DNA of 64,000 nt from Candidatus Omnitrophota bacterium (GCA_041650935.1 JBAZKH010000002.1:128372-192371), one strand, 5' to 3'; positions 9,632-19,282 are shown, counted from the first letter of the stretch. The notes: generated from the letters alone by a model not told the origin. Program-made: numbers and translations.

Positions 9632-10147
9632 ATGGCTCCTATGAAAAACAGGACAGTCTTTAAGGGCAGGCTGCTTAATCTTTGTGTGAAGCGGATACGG
9701 CTGCCGAACGGTTATCTTGCCACATTCGAAACGGTAAAACACCCCGGCGCGGCATTAATAGTGCCGTTCCTTTCTAAAGACAAAATTATTTTATTAAGGC
9801 AATATAGGGCGGTTATCGGTTCCTACATCTACGAATTGCCCGCAGGCACTCTCGATAAGAACGAGTCGCCGCTTTCATGCGCTCGCCGCGAGATAGTCGA
9901 AGAAACCGGCCATTCAGCCAAAAAGTTAACATACCTCGGGAAGATATTCCCCGTTCCGGGTTATTCTACCGAATGCATACGGATCTACAAAGCGGAAGGG
10001 CTGCGTAAGGTGGAGCATATTGCCGAGAAAGACGAAGTCATCGACGCGCGCATAGTTACAAAACCCGCTATAAGGAAACTCTTCAAATCCGGCAGGATCA
10101 CCGACGCCAAGACGATAGCGGCGCTTGCCATGTGCGGTTGGTTATGA
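9632..10147 (+). CDS. NUDIX hydrolase (ADP-ribose pyrophosphatase-like)
   Basis: The Nudix box is GTLDKNESPLSCARREIVEETGH, and the protein is 171 aa. Confidence 0.75.
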   Translation: MAPMKNRTVFKGRLLNLCVKRIRLPNGYLATFETVKHPGAALIVPFLSKDKIILLRQYRAVIGSYIYELPAGTLDKNESPLSCARREIVEETGHSAKKLTYLGKIFPVPGYSTECIRIYKAEGLRKVEHIAEKDEVIDARIVTKPAIRKLFKSGRITDAKTIAALAMCGWL

Positions 10148-11385
10148 GCGAAAAGAAGAATATACGTCTCAGGTCCGGGAAGAAAGGCGTGCGCAAAGCA
10201 GGCCACCCGTGGATATTCAAAGGGCAGTTGACCAAGCTCGACCCCGCTATAAGGCCCGGCGATATAATTTCTATAACCGATGATAAGAATAAATTTATCG
10301 GCCGCGGTTACTACAATCCAAAATCCGAAATAGCAGTAAGATTGCTCACCTTTACCGACGAACCCATAAATAGAGACTTCTTTTACAAGAAGATCGCGGC
10401 GGCATTGAAGAGGCGCGAGCCTCTCTTGAATATCGGGGCAGGTTTAAACCTGCCCCACCGCAAAGGTATAACCAACGCTTACCGGGTAGTTTTCAGTGAA
10501 GCGGATGGCCTTCCGGGATTGATAGCGGATCTTTATAACGACACCGCCGTATTCCAGATACTTACCCTGGGCATGGAAAAGTTTAAGACCGAAATAGCGG
10601 ACGTCATAGACGATCTATTAAAACCAAAATATCTCTACGAAAAGAGCGCATCGCCATTCCGGAAGATCGAAGGGTTGAAGGATGTGACCGGCTGGTGGGG
10701 GGGCGAAGGCAAGGGTTTAGTCGAAATATCCGAAGGGAAAGTAAGATTCCTGGTCGATATAATAAACGGCCATAAGACGGGTTTCTATCTCGACCAGCGT
10801 AAGTCGCGCATCGCGTTAGAAGGCATATCCAGGGGTAAGGACGTACTCGACCTTTTCTGTTACACGGGCGGGTTTTCCGTAAGCGCGGCGATATCCGGCG
10901 CCCGTCGTGTCATCGGGGTGGATATCAAGGAAGACTGGTTAAATCTTGCCCGGGAGAATGCGCGCCTTAACGGCGTCCATGAAAAGACGGAGTTTGTGAA
11001 GGGCGACTCTTTTGCGGTACTGAAGGATATGAGTGGTTCGGGCAAGAAGTTCGACATCATAGCGCTCGACCCGCCGTCGTTTTTGAAAGGCAGGGAATCG
11101 CGCGTCACCGCGGCCAGAGGTTACCGGGAGCTGAACTCTCTTGCCATGAAGTCGCTCTCCGGCGGTGGGATCCTTGCGACGTTCTCATGCTCCCATAATA
11201 TGCCTAACGAACTCTTCTCAAAGGTCATAAAGGAATCCGCTGATGCGGCCGGCAGGAAATTTACGATACTCAAGCGCTGCCGTCAGGCAGAAGATCATCC
11301 GATCGTTAAAGGGATCCCGGAGACTGAGTACCTAAAAGGATACTTTCTTAAAATGGAAAGTAATATAATAAAGGAAAAAGGGTAG
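10132..11385 (+). CDS. rlmI: class I SAM-dependent rRNA (cytosine-C5) methyltransferase, RlmI-like (PUA + MTase)
   Basis: It has the N-terminal PUA-like region, GFS/FSY-type SAM-binding segments, the DPPSF motif, and is 417 aa. Confidence 0.7.
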   Translation: MRLVMSEKKNIRLRSGKKGVRKAGHPWIFKGQLTKLDPAIRPGDIISITDDKNKFIGRGYYNPKSEIAVRLLTFTDEPINRDFFYKKIAAALKRREPLLNIGAGLNLPHRKGITNAYRVVFSEADGLPGLIADLYNDTAVFQILTLGMEKFKTEIADVIDDLLKPKYLYEKSASPFRKIEGLKDVTGWWGGEGKGLVEISEGKVRFLVDIINGHKTGFYLDQRKSRIALEGISRGKDVLDLFCYTGGFSVSAAISGARRVIGVDIKEDWLNLARENARLNGVHEKTEFVKGDSFAVLKDMSGSGKKFDIIALDPPSFLKGRESRVTAARGYRELNSLAMKSLSGGGILATFSCSHNMPNELFSKVIKESADAAGRKFTILKRCRQAEDHPIVKGIPETEYLKGYFLKMESNIIKEKG

Positions 11386-11391
11386 GAGAAT

Positions 11392-11745
11392 ATGCCGCTC
11401 TACATTATTTTAGGGCTTATAGCGGGAACGCTCTCCGGTATCTTCGGGATAGGGGGCGGGACTATCCTGATCCCCGGCCTTGTATTTTTGGCGGGCCTGA
11501 CGCAGCATGAGGCGCAGGGCACGACCCTGGCCATAATGCTTTTGCCGATAGGACTCCTGGCGGTAATCCGGTATTGGCAGGCAGGCCATGTCCGCTTTGA
11601 CATCGCCATATTTATTTGCATAGGATTTCTTATCGGCGGGTTGCTTGGCGCCAACATAGCCGTAGGGCTTCCAAACCTTATCTTAAGGAAATTATTCGGG
11701 GTTTTTTTAATGATAGTGGCGATCTACACGATATTCGCGAAATGA
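11392..11745 (+). CDS. small TauE/SafE (DUF81)-like membrane protein
   Basis: It is 117 aa with four TM segments and the motif GIFGIGGG. Confidence 0.5.
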   Translation: MPLYIILGLIAGTLSGIFGIGGGTILIPGLVFLAGLTQHEAQGTTLAIMLLPIGLLAVIRYWQAGHVRFDIAIFICIGFLIGGLLGANIAVGLPNLILRKLFGVFLMIVAIYTIFAK

Positions 11746-11761
11746 CAAACGGAGGAATAGA

Positions 11762-13261
11762 ATGAGCGGTCTTTTTGGCGTAGTAGCTAAAGAAAATTGT
11801 GCACAGACACTTCTATACGGTACGGACTACCACTCGCATCTTGGCACCGAATACGGCGGGATGGCGACTTTAGGGGACCGCTTTTACCGTCATATCCATA
11901 ATATCAGCCAGAGCCAGTTTAAATCCAAATTTTATGAAGATTACCATAAGATGTCCGGCAATAAAGGGATAGGCGCGATAAGCGATGCCGATGAACAGCC
12001 TATATTCCTGCATTCTAAATTCGGAGCTTTTTGTATCGTTACCGCGGGACTGATCGAAAATAAAGACGCGCTTGTGAAGAATCTCCTGAAAAAAGGGGTC
12101 TCTTTCAGCGAAGTGAGTAAATACCGGGTCAATACTACCGAGCTTATGGCTAAACTTATCGTGGAAGGCGATGACCTGATAGACGGGATCGAAAAAATGT
12201 TCGACGTCATCGAGGGATCATGCTCATTACTTATATTAAGCGAAGATGGGGTATACGCCGCCCGCGACAGGATGGGGTATACGCCGCTTACCATCGGAAA
12301 ACGCGACGATGACTGGGCCGTTACGAGCGAGACGAGCGCTTTTGCCAACCTCGGCTTCGATATCGTAAAACCGCTTAAGCCCGGCGAAATAGTGCTTATA
12401 AACGAAACAGGCCTTGTCTCGCAAAGGGCCGGCTACGATCTTAGTCAGGTCTGCACATTCCTGTGGATATATACGGGGTTCCCCGCCTCGAGCTACGAAG
12501 GGATAAACGTCGAGACCGTGAGAGAAGAGAGCGGCAGGGCGCTCGCCAAGAAAGATAAAGATATAGAAATAGACGTAGTCGCCGGTGTCCCGGACTCCGG
12601 GACCGCGCATGCCATAGGTTACGCGATGCAGTCAGGCAAGCCTTACCGCCGCCCCCTTATCAAATATACCCCTGGCTACGGTAGAAGTTATACGCCGCCG
12701 TCACAGGATACGCGCGACCTTATAGCGAAGATGAAGCTAGTACCGATACGCGAAATAATATCCGGCCACAAAATAGTTCTCTGCGAAGACTCGATCGTCA
12801 GGGGAACCCAGCTGAAGAGTTTCACGGTCAATAAGCTCTGGAGCTGCGGCGCCACCGAGGTCCATATCCGCCCGGCGTGCCCGCCGCTTATGTTTCCCTG
12901 CAAGTTCTGCCTGTCGACGCGCTCCATACACGAGCTTGCCGCGCGGAAAGCGATCAGGGCGCTGGAAGGGCATGACCTGGAAGATGTCTCCGGGTATGTG
13001 GATGAGCGCAGCGAAAAATACGCCAGGATGGTCAAGTGGATAGAGCGCGACCTGGAAGTCACCACCTTGCGCTACCAGAATATAGATGATATGATAAAGG
13101 CGATAGGTATGCCGCGCGAGAAGTTATGCCTTTATTGCTGGACGGGCGAATGTCCCGCGAAAGCTTCCGGAACATGCGCGGGTAAGACAAAGGCGCCGCG
13201 CGCCGAGCATGCGCCGTCTCAAAAGACGCGTGCACAGGCGCTCTCGGGTTCCGGCGCTTAA
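11762..13261 (+). CDS. amidophosphoribosyltransferase-like protein (class II glutamine amidotransferase + PRTase) with Ser in place of the N-terminal Cys nucleophile
   Basis: The PRTase motif DVVAGVPDSGTAHAIGYA and a Cys-rich C-terminus are present. The N-terminus is MSGLFGV rather than MCGI. GGAGGA lies 6 nt upstream, and there is no alternative in-frame start back to the TAG at 11714. Confidence 0.7.
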   Translation: MSGLFGVVAKENCAQTLLYGTDYHSHLGTEYGGMATLGDRFYRHIHNISQSQFKSKFYEDYHKMSGNKGIGAISDADEQPIFLHSKFGAFCIVTAGLIENKDALVKNLLKKGVSFSEVSKYRVNTTELMAKLIVEGDDLIDGIEKMFDVIEGSCSLLILSEDGVYAARDRMGYTPLTIGKRDDDWAVTSETSAFANLGFDIVKPLKPGEIVLINETGLVSQRAGYDLSQVCTFLWIYTGFPASSYEGINVETVREESGRALAKKDKDIEIDVVAGVPDSGTAHAIGYAMQSGKPYRRPLIKYTPGYGRSYTPPSQDTRDLIAKMKLVPIREIISGHKIVLCEDSIVRGTQLKSFTVNKLWSCGATEVHIRPACPPLMFPCKFCLSTRSIHELAARKAIRALEGHDLEDVSGYVDERSEKYARMVKWIERDLEVTTLRYQNIDDMIKAIGMPREKLCLYCWTGECPAKASGTCAGKTKAPRAEHAPSQKTRAQALSGSGA

Positions 13262-13275
13262 AGGAGGAGTGTGCT

Positions 13276-13929
13276 ATGAAGACGGGAAAATTTTTTCTTG
13301 TCGTTATTGCCGTAATGAGCGCATTTATATTTTCCTTGGTCTGTGACGCAGGCGAACTTAAACCTATAAAACTTCCTCCCCCGCAAACCGAAGGCGGAAA
13401 ACCCCTTATGCAGGCGCTCAAGGAACGTAAGAGTATGCGCGAATTCAGTCCGAAGGAGCTGCCGCCGCAGGTGCTTTCGGATCTTTTATGGGCGGCATGC
13501 GGTATAAATCGCCCGGATTCCGGCGGCAGGACCGCTCCCACGGCCAGGAATATGCAGGAGATAGATATTTATGTTTCAAAAGCAGAAGGGCTTTATCTGT
13601 ATGACGCAAAAGCAAATAGCCTCCTGCCGGTAATGACAGGCGACATAAGGGCCTCTACCGGGAGCCAGCCGTTTGTAAAGGACGCGCCCGTAAATCTCAT
13701 ATTTGTGGCCGATATGGCGAAGATGCCCGGCATGCCGCAGGATGCCATGGATTTTTATGTGGCTACCGATACGGGATATATAAGCGAAAACGTATATCTT
13801 TATTGCGCGTCCGCCGGGCTGGCAACCGTCGTACGCGGCTTGGTCGACAAGCCTGTCCTTTCTAATGTGATGAAACTACGGCCGGGCCAGAAGATAATTC
13901 TCGCGCAGACGGCCGGATATTCTAAGTAA
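13276..13929 (+). CDS. nitroreductase-family (SagB-like) protein with N-terminal signal/TM
   Basis: It has the RKSMREFSPKELP nitroreductase N-motif and a hydrophobic leader, and is 217 aa. Confidence 0.6.
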   Translation: MKTGKFFLVVIAVMSAFIFSLVCDAGELKPIKLPPPQTEGGKPLMQALKERKSMREFSPKELPPQVLSDLLWAACGINRPDSGGRTAPTARNMQEIDIYVSKAEGLYLYDAKANSLLPVMTGDIRASTGSQPFVKDAPVNLIFVADMAKMPGMPQDAMDFYVATDTGYISENVYLYCASAGLATVVRGLVDKPVLSNVMKLRPGQKIILAQTAGYSK

Positions 13930-13965
13930 TAAAATGTAACGTTTAAGAAAGGGGGTATTTGAAAG

Positions 13966-14349
13966 ATGAAATTTACGAAGTTGTCGATGGCAGCGGTAAT
14001 GGGCATCTTTATTTTGTCGGCAGCAGGCCTTGCGTTTGCTACAGATGATCCCGGAACGGTAAAGGCGGAAATCGCCTCCGATAAGGAAAATATCCAGGCA
14101 GAACGCGCCGAGATGAAGGAAAACGCTACCGAAGCGAAGACAGAGGAAAAAGCGATACAGGAACAGATTAAAACAGCCCGGGAATCAGGCGATGCGGAAA
14201 AAGCCGGTGAACTGAAAGAACAGCTCATAGAGACCCATAAGTCTAATGTCGCCGAGAAAAGAGAAGATAAGCAGGCTCTCCATGCGGCGAAGAAAGAACT
14301 GCGGCAGGATAAGAAGGCGGCAAAGAAAGCATACTGCGGATCCAGGTAG
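13966..14349 (+). CDS. secreted Lys/Glu-rich coiled-coil protein
   Basis: It has a signal peptide, and a terminator hairpin follows at about 14381-14415. Confidence 0.5.
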   Translation: MKFTKLSMAAVMGIFILSAAGLAFATDDPGTVKAEIASDKENIQAERAEMKENATEAKTEEKAIQEQIKTARESGDAEKAGELKEQLIETHKSNVAEKREDKQALHAAKKELRQDKKAAKKAYCGSR

Positions 14350-14524
14350 TAAAACAAGTCTATCATGTTTCAGTCTTCGAACGGCCCTAGGTCGAACTCC
14401 AGGGCCGTTGTTTTAGCGGGTACGCGGACGCTGTAGGCGGTTACAAATGGCACAAGACGCCTTCGGGTATGGACAGGCCCGCGGCACCGCTGGACGGCGG
14501 GATAAAATGAATTTACGGTAAATT

Positions 14525-15712
14525 ATGGAGAATAGGAACCCCGGATTTTTTTACACGCTCGCCGCATTCCTGGCCTGTACGCTATTCCTCGCGGGCTGTT
14601 CGGTCATTCCCATAAGGACATCGCCAAAATATGCCCTCGAAGATCTGTATAAACGCATAAATTACAGGACGGACGGCCGCTACAGGGTGGTGAGCCTCTT
14701 TTACGCGACGACTAGGACCATCGACTACGCTCAAGGTCCGTCGCCGGAATTTAAGCCGGAGCTTGCCGGAGAGACGACTTATGGCTCGCTCGATGTCAGG
14801 ATGGACCCTCGTCTTAAGATCGGCACGATGCTGCCGGATAAGCTGAAGAAGAACGGCCTGATAGAACTGGATAAGAACGAAAAGCTCGACGGAGACGTCT
14901 TCATAGAACGGCTTTCGGCGGCTATAAAGGCGTCTCCCCACAAATCGATCCTCATCGTAGTCTTTGGCTACAAGGACGGCTTCGAGTCGACCGCGATGAA
15001 GGCCGCCTATTTCGAATACATGCTCGATTTCAATACGCCGGTGCTTCTCTTCGATTGGCCGGGCGACCAGCCGCTCAATATAGGGGGTTACCTGAAAGCA
15101 CGGTCACTTGCCGCCGCCTCGGGGCCGCGTCTTGCGGATGTAATAGCCAGGGTGGTCCGCGAGATCGCGCCGGAAAAGGTCTGGATCACGGCATCATCCC
15201 TCGGTTGCCAGGTGGTTAGCGATGCCTTCGACACACTTTATACATATCCCGACTTTGCCGATCCCGGCCGGGAGATAGACCACGTGCTCCTGGCGGCCCC
15301 GGATGTGAGCCGGGATGAGTTCGACGACAAATTCAAAAAAGAGTTCGACGCGCTCTCGAAGAATCTGACGGCGTATGTAGCCTCCGACGACAACGCGCTG
15401 CTTATGAGCGGTCTCATAAATCAGGAAGAGAAGCTCGGCCGCCCGCGGGTGCGGATAAAAGACCCGGAACAGCTCGAAGAGACGCGGGGACTGTTATACC
15501 TGAAGTCACTCGATCCGGAAAGGTTCACCGTCATAGACGTTACGCCGGTCAATAAGTCGAGTTTTAAGCACGGCTACTGCCTTGAGTGCCCGGAATTCTA
15601 CGACGATTTTTATATGCGCATACTCGGTGCCAAACCCAACGTAAACAGGTCCCTCTATCTGCTAAAGTTTAAGAACGACGCGGATTATTGGGTCATGCAG
15701 AGCGCTGACTAG
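14525..15712 (+). CDS. lipoprotein, alpha/beta hydrolase (DUF900-like esterase)
   Basis: It has the lipobox LAGCS, the candidate nucleophile ASSLGCQ, and is 395 aa. Confidence 0.55.
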   Translation: MENRNPGFFYTLAAFLACTLFLAGCSVIPIRTSPKYALEDLYKRINYRTDGRYRVVSLFYATTRTIDYAQGPSPEFKPELAGETTYGSLDVRMDPRLKIGTMLPDKLKKNGLIELDKNEKLDGDVFIERLSAAIKASPHKSILIVVFGYKDGFESTAMKAAYFEYMLDFNTPVLLFDWPGDQPLNIGGYLKARSLAAASGPRLADVIARVVREIAPEKVWITASSLGCQVVSDAFDTLYTYPDFADPGREIDHVLLAAPDVSRDEFDDKFKKEFDALSKNLTAYVASDDNALLMSGLINQEEKLGRPRVRIKDPEQLEETRGLLYLKSLDPERFTVIDVTPVNKSSFKHGYCLECPEFYDDFYMRILGAKPNVNRSLYLLKFKNDADYWVMQSAD

Positions 15713-16654
15713 ATGGCTAAAGAGAAGAACGCCCTCGATGAAGGATTGGATCCGCAGGTTGCGGGCCATCTTAAGGTCGTCCGGTCGCGGCATCCGGCGC
15801 ATCTTCTTTCGATAGAAGAGTTGCGCAGGGACATAGACAGAATAGGGGTTTATTACCCGCCGGAACCGGTCAAAGATACAAGAGATGTAGATATCCCCGG
15901 CCCCGCCGGCAAGATACGCGTCCGCGTATATACGCCCGAAGGAAAAGGGCCGTTTCCCCCGATCATATTTTACCACGGCGGCGGTTGGTGTATAGGCAGT
16001 TTGGGCGGTTACAATAGTATATGCTCCGCGCTTGCGAACAGGATCCCCGCGGTGGTCTTCTCGGTAGATTACAGGCTGGCGCCCGAAAACCCGTTTCCCG
16101 CCGCAATCGATGACAGCTACGCCGCCCTGCAATATTTCAGCAGGAATGCCGCAAATTTTAACGCCGATCCCGTCCGCCTTGCCGTCGCAGGCGATAGCGC
16201 CGGCGCAAACATTGCCGCGGTAATCAGCCTTAAGGCGAAAGAAGAGCGCGGCCCGCGGATTGCTTTCCAGGCGCTCATATATCCCGCCGCAAATATAGCC
16301 CACCCTGTGACCGAATCGTACGAGCTCTTTGGAAAGGGCTATGACCTCGACAGGGAGATGATAGAGGTGTTCAGGGCGCACTATATGCCGGATAAGAAAG
16401 ACTGGGTAAATCCGTACGCGTCGCCCGCGCTGGCAAAAGATCTTAGAGGGCTTCCACCTACATTGCTCATAACCGCCGAATTCGATCCGCTGAGGGATGA
16501 TGGTATAAAGTTCGCGGAACAGCTTAAGCGCGCGGGCGTGCCGGTGAAACACACCCTCTATAAAGGTGTTATCCACGGCTTCCTGAGCTTCACGACGTTT
16601 CCCGCCGCGCAAAGAGCTTTCGATGAGATCGCGGCGGCGTTCAGGGCTTCCTGA
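15713..16654 (+). CDS. alpha/beta hydrolase fold-3 carboxylesterase (HSL family)
   Basis: It has the oxyanion-hole HGGGW and the nucleophile elbow GDSAGAN. Confidence 0.75.
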   Translation: MAKEKNALDEGLDPQVAGHLKVVRSRHPAHLLSIEELRRDIDRIGVYYPPEPVKDTRDVDIPGPAGKIRVRVYTPEGKGPFPPIIFYHGGGWCIGSLGGYNSICSALANRIPAVVFSVDYRLAPENPFPAAIDDSYAALQYFSRNAANFNADPVRLAVAGDSAGANIAAVISLKAKEERGPRIAFQALIYPAANIAHPVTESYELFGKGYDLDREMIEVFRAHYMPDKKDWVNPYASPALAKDLRGLPPTLLITAEFDPLRDDGIKFAEQLKRAGVPVKHTLYKGVIHGFLSFTTFPAAQRAFDEIAAAFRAS

Positions 16655-16756
16655 TGTTTCAACTGGATAGCAGGGATATCAAGAAATAATTGCTACTTAT
16701 AGGTAGTCGACTCATGGGTAGCATAGCCATATACTATATCGTAGAAAGGACACAAT

Positions 16757-16966
16757 ATGGCAGAGATAAATAAACGGGTTGGGCATAATATAAGGAAATA
16801 TAGACAGAAGGCCGGGCTTAGTCAGGAAAAACTTGCATTTGAATCAGGTCTCCATCGTGCCTATGTTGGGCAGATAGAGCGGGGAGAAAAGAACATAGGA
16901 CTGATTAATCTTGAAAAGATAGCAAAAGCGCTCAAGATATCTACAGATCGCCTGGTCAAAAGCTAA
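16757..16966 (+). CDS. XRE-family helix-turn-helix transcriptional regulator
   Basis: It is 69 aa with a Cro/C1-type HTH (LSQEKLAFESGLHRAYVGQIERGE). Confidence 0.75.
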   Translation: MAEINKRVGHNIRKYRQKAGLSQEKLAFESGLHRAYVGQIERGEKNIGLINLEKIAKALKISTDRLVKS

Positions 16967-17154
16967 ATGAAAATATATGACAACCCGGAAACAAAACAGG
17001 TAATGCTATGCCGAATATATTCGCTAAATGCTCTTGCGATTGCGGGATGATATGCATAGCTCAAAATAAATGGGATAGCCTAATTCCTTTAAATAAGCTA
17101 TGGAACATCAAATAGCCCGTCCCTGAAAAACGGCACTGAAAACAGGAAAAGACT

Positions 17155-17535
17155 ATGTTGACACCGGGCGGTAAGCAGATGAAATATTGCCCCAAATGCA
17201 GGACCGAATATGAAAATTGGGTCAAAGTTTGCGCTGATTGCAATACAGAGCTGGTTTATGAGCTCCCTCAAGATCCCGCCGGGCCTTCCCAGGAATACAT
17301 AAAATATAAAGAATTATTGAGTACCTTTAATGCCGGGGACGTCATATTCATACGATCGTTGCTGGATAGCAGCGGTATAATCTATTATTTCAATGGAGAA
17401 AACTTCCTGTTCTTCAGGCCGGCTGTTGAACCTGCGCGTCTTATGGTCGATGAGAGACATTATGACGAAGCTAAGGAGATACTGAAAGAATTTAAAAGCA
17501 GTTTCACTTCTTTTCATACAGATCAGGAGAAGTGA
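17155..17535 (+). CDS. Zn-ribbon protein with DUF2007-like C-terminal domain
   Basis: CPKC...CADC forms the ribbon, and the C-terminal region resembles a PII-like putative signal-transducing domain. Confidence 0.45.
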   Translation: MLTPGGKQMKYCPKCRTEYENWVKVCADCNTELVYELPQDPAGPSQEYIKYKELLSTFNAGDVIFIRSLLDSSGIIYYFNGENFLFFRPAVEPARLMVDERHYDEAKEILKEFKSSFTSFHTDQEK

Positions 17536-17541
17536 AAGACG

Positions 17542-17679
17542 ATGAGCGATGTTATTAAAACGGTCCGGTTGCTTGAGATCCAAATCCGAAAAAACAAAAC
17601 GCCTATGCCGAGAACGGCCCTGAGGTATGCGATCGAGAAGATGCCAAAGGAATTGAAACAAAAAGCAATGGCGCGGTAA
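17542..17679 (+). CDS. 46-aa basic peptide (hypothetical)
   Basis: It is an ORF below the track threshold (MSDVIKTVRLLEIQIRKNKTPMPRTALRYAIEKMPKELKQKAMAR). It abuts the stop of the upstream gene and shares strand and spacing with the operon. Confidence 0.3.
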   Translation: MSDVIKTVRLLEIQIRKNKTPMPRTALRYAIEKMPKELKQKAMAR

Positions 17680-17711
17680 AGCACAGAAATAAATAGTGGA
17701 GATTTTACAAT

Positions 17712-18020
17712 ATGGATATCTACACAAAATCATATAGCACAAAAAATGGTTTGGTCGAAGGGGCGCAGGTTAAATGGCCCGGGTTCAGTATCCTGCTGGT
17801 TTCCGGGAAGAAGGCATTTCTGACATGCGGGGTCTTTGATCTGGACGCTATCGATTCTTTTGGCGGAGCGGCAGCTATCGTCGAGAGCACTCCGGATAAC
17901 CCTATCGGCAGTCTGGACCGATTCCCGGATAGAAAAGTCACTAAAGTGAATTCACGGGCAAAGGCTTTAGGCATCAAAGCAGGGATGAATGTTAAAGACG
18001 CCTTTGAGTTGATAGCGTAA
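17712..18020 (+). CDS. DUF1805 (YunC-like) small protein
   Basis: It is 102 aa, and FLTCGVFDLDAIDSFGGAAAIV...ALGIKAGMNVKDAFELI resembles YunC-family proteins from memory. Confidence 0.45.
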   Translation: MDIYTKSYSTKNGLVEGAQVKWPGFSILLVSGKKAFLTCGVFDLDAIDSFGGAAAIVESTPDNPIGSLDRFPDRKVTKVNSRAKALGIKAGMNVKDAFELIA

Positions 18021-18041
18021 GCCAAAAAATAGGGTATTTAT

Positions 18042-18296
18042 ATGGCGAAGATCAAGCTGGACCTGCATGATATATTCAATAAGGGGAGGGCGATTGAGGA
18101 CGAGCTCAATAGGGTCATCAGGGATGCCGTTGAGAAAAAAATAGCCCTGGTAGAGATCATTCCGGGGAAAGGCAGCGGCCAGCTAAAAAAACATGTTTTG
18201 CGGTTTTTAGACTCCCCTGAAATAAAAAAGCTGTATCATCGGGTAGAGAAGGATGATAAAAATTTCGGAAGGGTATTTGTCCATTTCAGGTTTTAA
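18042..18296 (+). CDS. standalone Smr-domain protein (small MutS-related nuclease domain)
   Basis: It matches the Smr pattern with LDLHD, IIPGKGSG and a C-terminal GRVFVHF. Confidence 0.65.
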   Translation: MAKIKLDLHDIFNKGRAIEDELNRVIRDAVEKKIALVEIIPGKGSGQLKKHVLRFLDSPEIKKLYHRVEKDDKNFGRVFVHFRF

Positions 18297-18302
18297 GAAT
18301 GG

Positions 18303-18545
18303 GTGCGTATCTTGTCTCTAAAAAAAAGAGATCTCGGCGGGCAGCCGATAGCCAGGATCATGGCCCTGCATGGGCTGAAAAGCCACGATCTTGTGGCCGC
18401 CTCGACGGAGCAGATAACGCATAAGATGATCAGCCGTGCCATAAAGGGCAGGCGCCTGACGCCGAACGTGCAGAATAAAGTATTGAACGCGCTGAATAAA
18501 ACCGCAAAAAAGAAGTACGCGTTAAAAGATATCTTTAATTATTGA
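18303..18545 (+). CDS. small basic protein, possible HTH DNA-binding
   Basis: It is 80 aa, lies 7 bp after the Smr gene, and has an HTH-like segment SHDLVAASTEQITHKMISRAIKG. Confidence 0.35.
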   Translation: MRILSLKKRDLGGQPIARIMALHGLKSHDLVAASTEQITHKMISRAIKGRRLTPNVQNKVLNALNKTAKKKYALKDIFNY

Positions 18546-18571
18546 TGCAAAAATAAAAAAAGGACATAACC

Positions 18572-19282
18572 ATGCATAATTTTATCGGAGAATTATTCGG
18601 GACGATGATACTTGTGCTGCTTGGCGACGGCGTAGTCGCGAATGTTTTACTGAAGAAGAGTAAGGGTGAGGGATCCGGATGGATGGTTATTACGAGCGGA
18701 TGGGGTTTCGGCGTGGCCATTGCGGTTTATGTTGCCGGCTGGGTGAGCGGCGCGCATATAAATCCTGCGGTAACGCTGGGGTTCCTGATTATCGGTAAGA
18801 TTGGCTTAAAGGATGTGCCGTATTATCTAGCGGGTCAACTCCTCGGCGCGTTCCTGGGCGCCCTGATCGTGTGGCTTGCGTACCTGCCCCACTGGAAAGT
18901 AACCGAGGACCCCGACAAGAAGCTGTCGGTCTTCTGCACCATGCCCGCCGTCCGCAATTACGGCGCCAACCTGCTTTGTGAGATCATCGGTACGGCTATG
19001 CTCCTAATGGGAATACTCGGGATATTCAACATACACAACTCCATTGGTACCGGCATAGGGCCGTATCTGGTGGGGATACTGGTTTTCAGTATAGGGCTCT
19101 CTATAGGCGGGCCGACAGGCTATGCGATCAATCCGGCGCGCGATTTAATGCCGAGAATCGCGCACGCCATTCTCCCTATACCCGGGAAACGCGACCCCGA
19201 CTGGGCTTATTCATGGGTACCGGTCGTCGGGCCATTGATCGGCAGCATAATCGGCGCGGGCCTGTACCACATCATATTTTAG
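18572..19282 (+). CDS. aquaporin / MIP-family channel
   Basis: It has two NPA boxes (HINPAVT, AINPARD) and six TM segments. Confidence 0.85.
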   Translation: MHNFIGELFGTMILVLLGDGVVANVLLKKSKGEGSGWMVITSGWGFGVAIAVYVAGWVSGAHINPAVTLGFLIIGKIGLKDVPYYLAGQLLGAFLGALIVWLAYLPHWKVTEDPDKKLSVFCTMPAVRNYGANLLCEIIGTAMLLMGILGIFNIHNSIGTGIGPYLVGILVFSIGLSIGGPTGYAINPARDLMPRIAHAILPIPGKRDPDWAYSWVPVVGPLIGSIIGAGLYHIIF

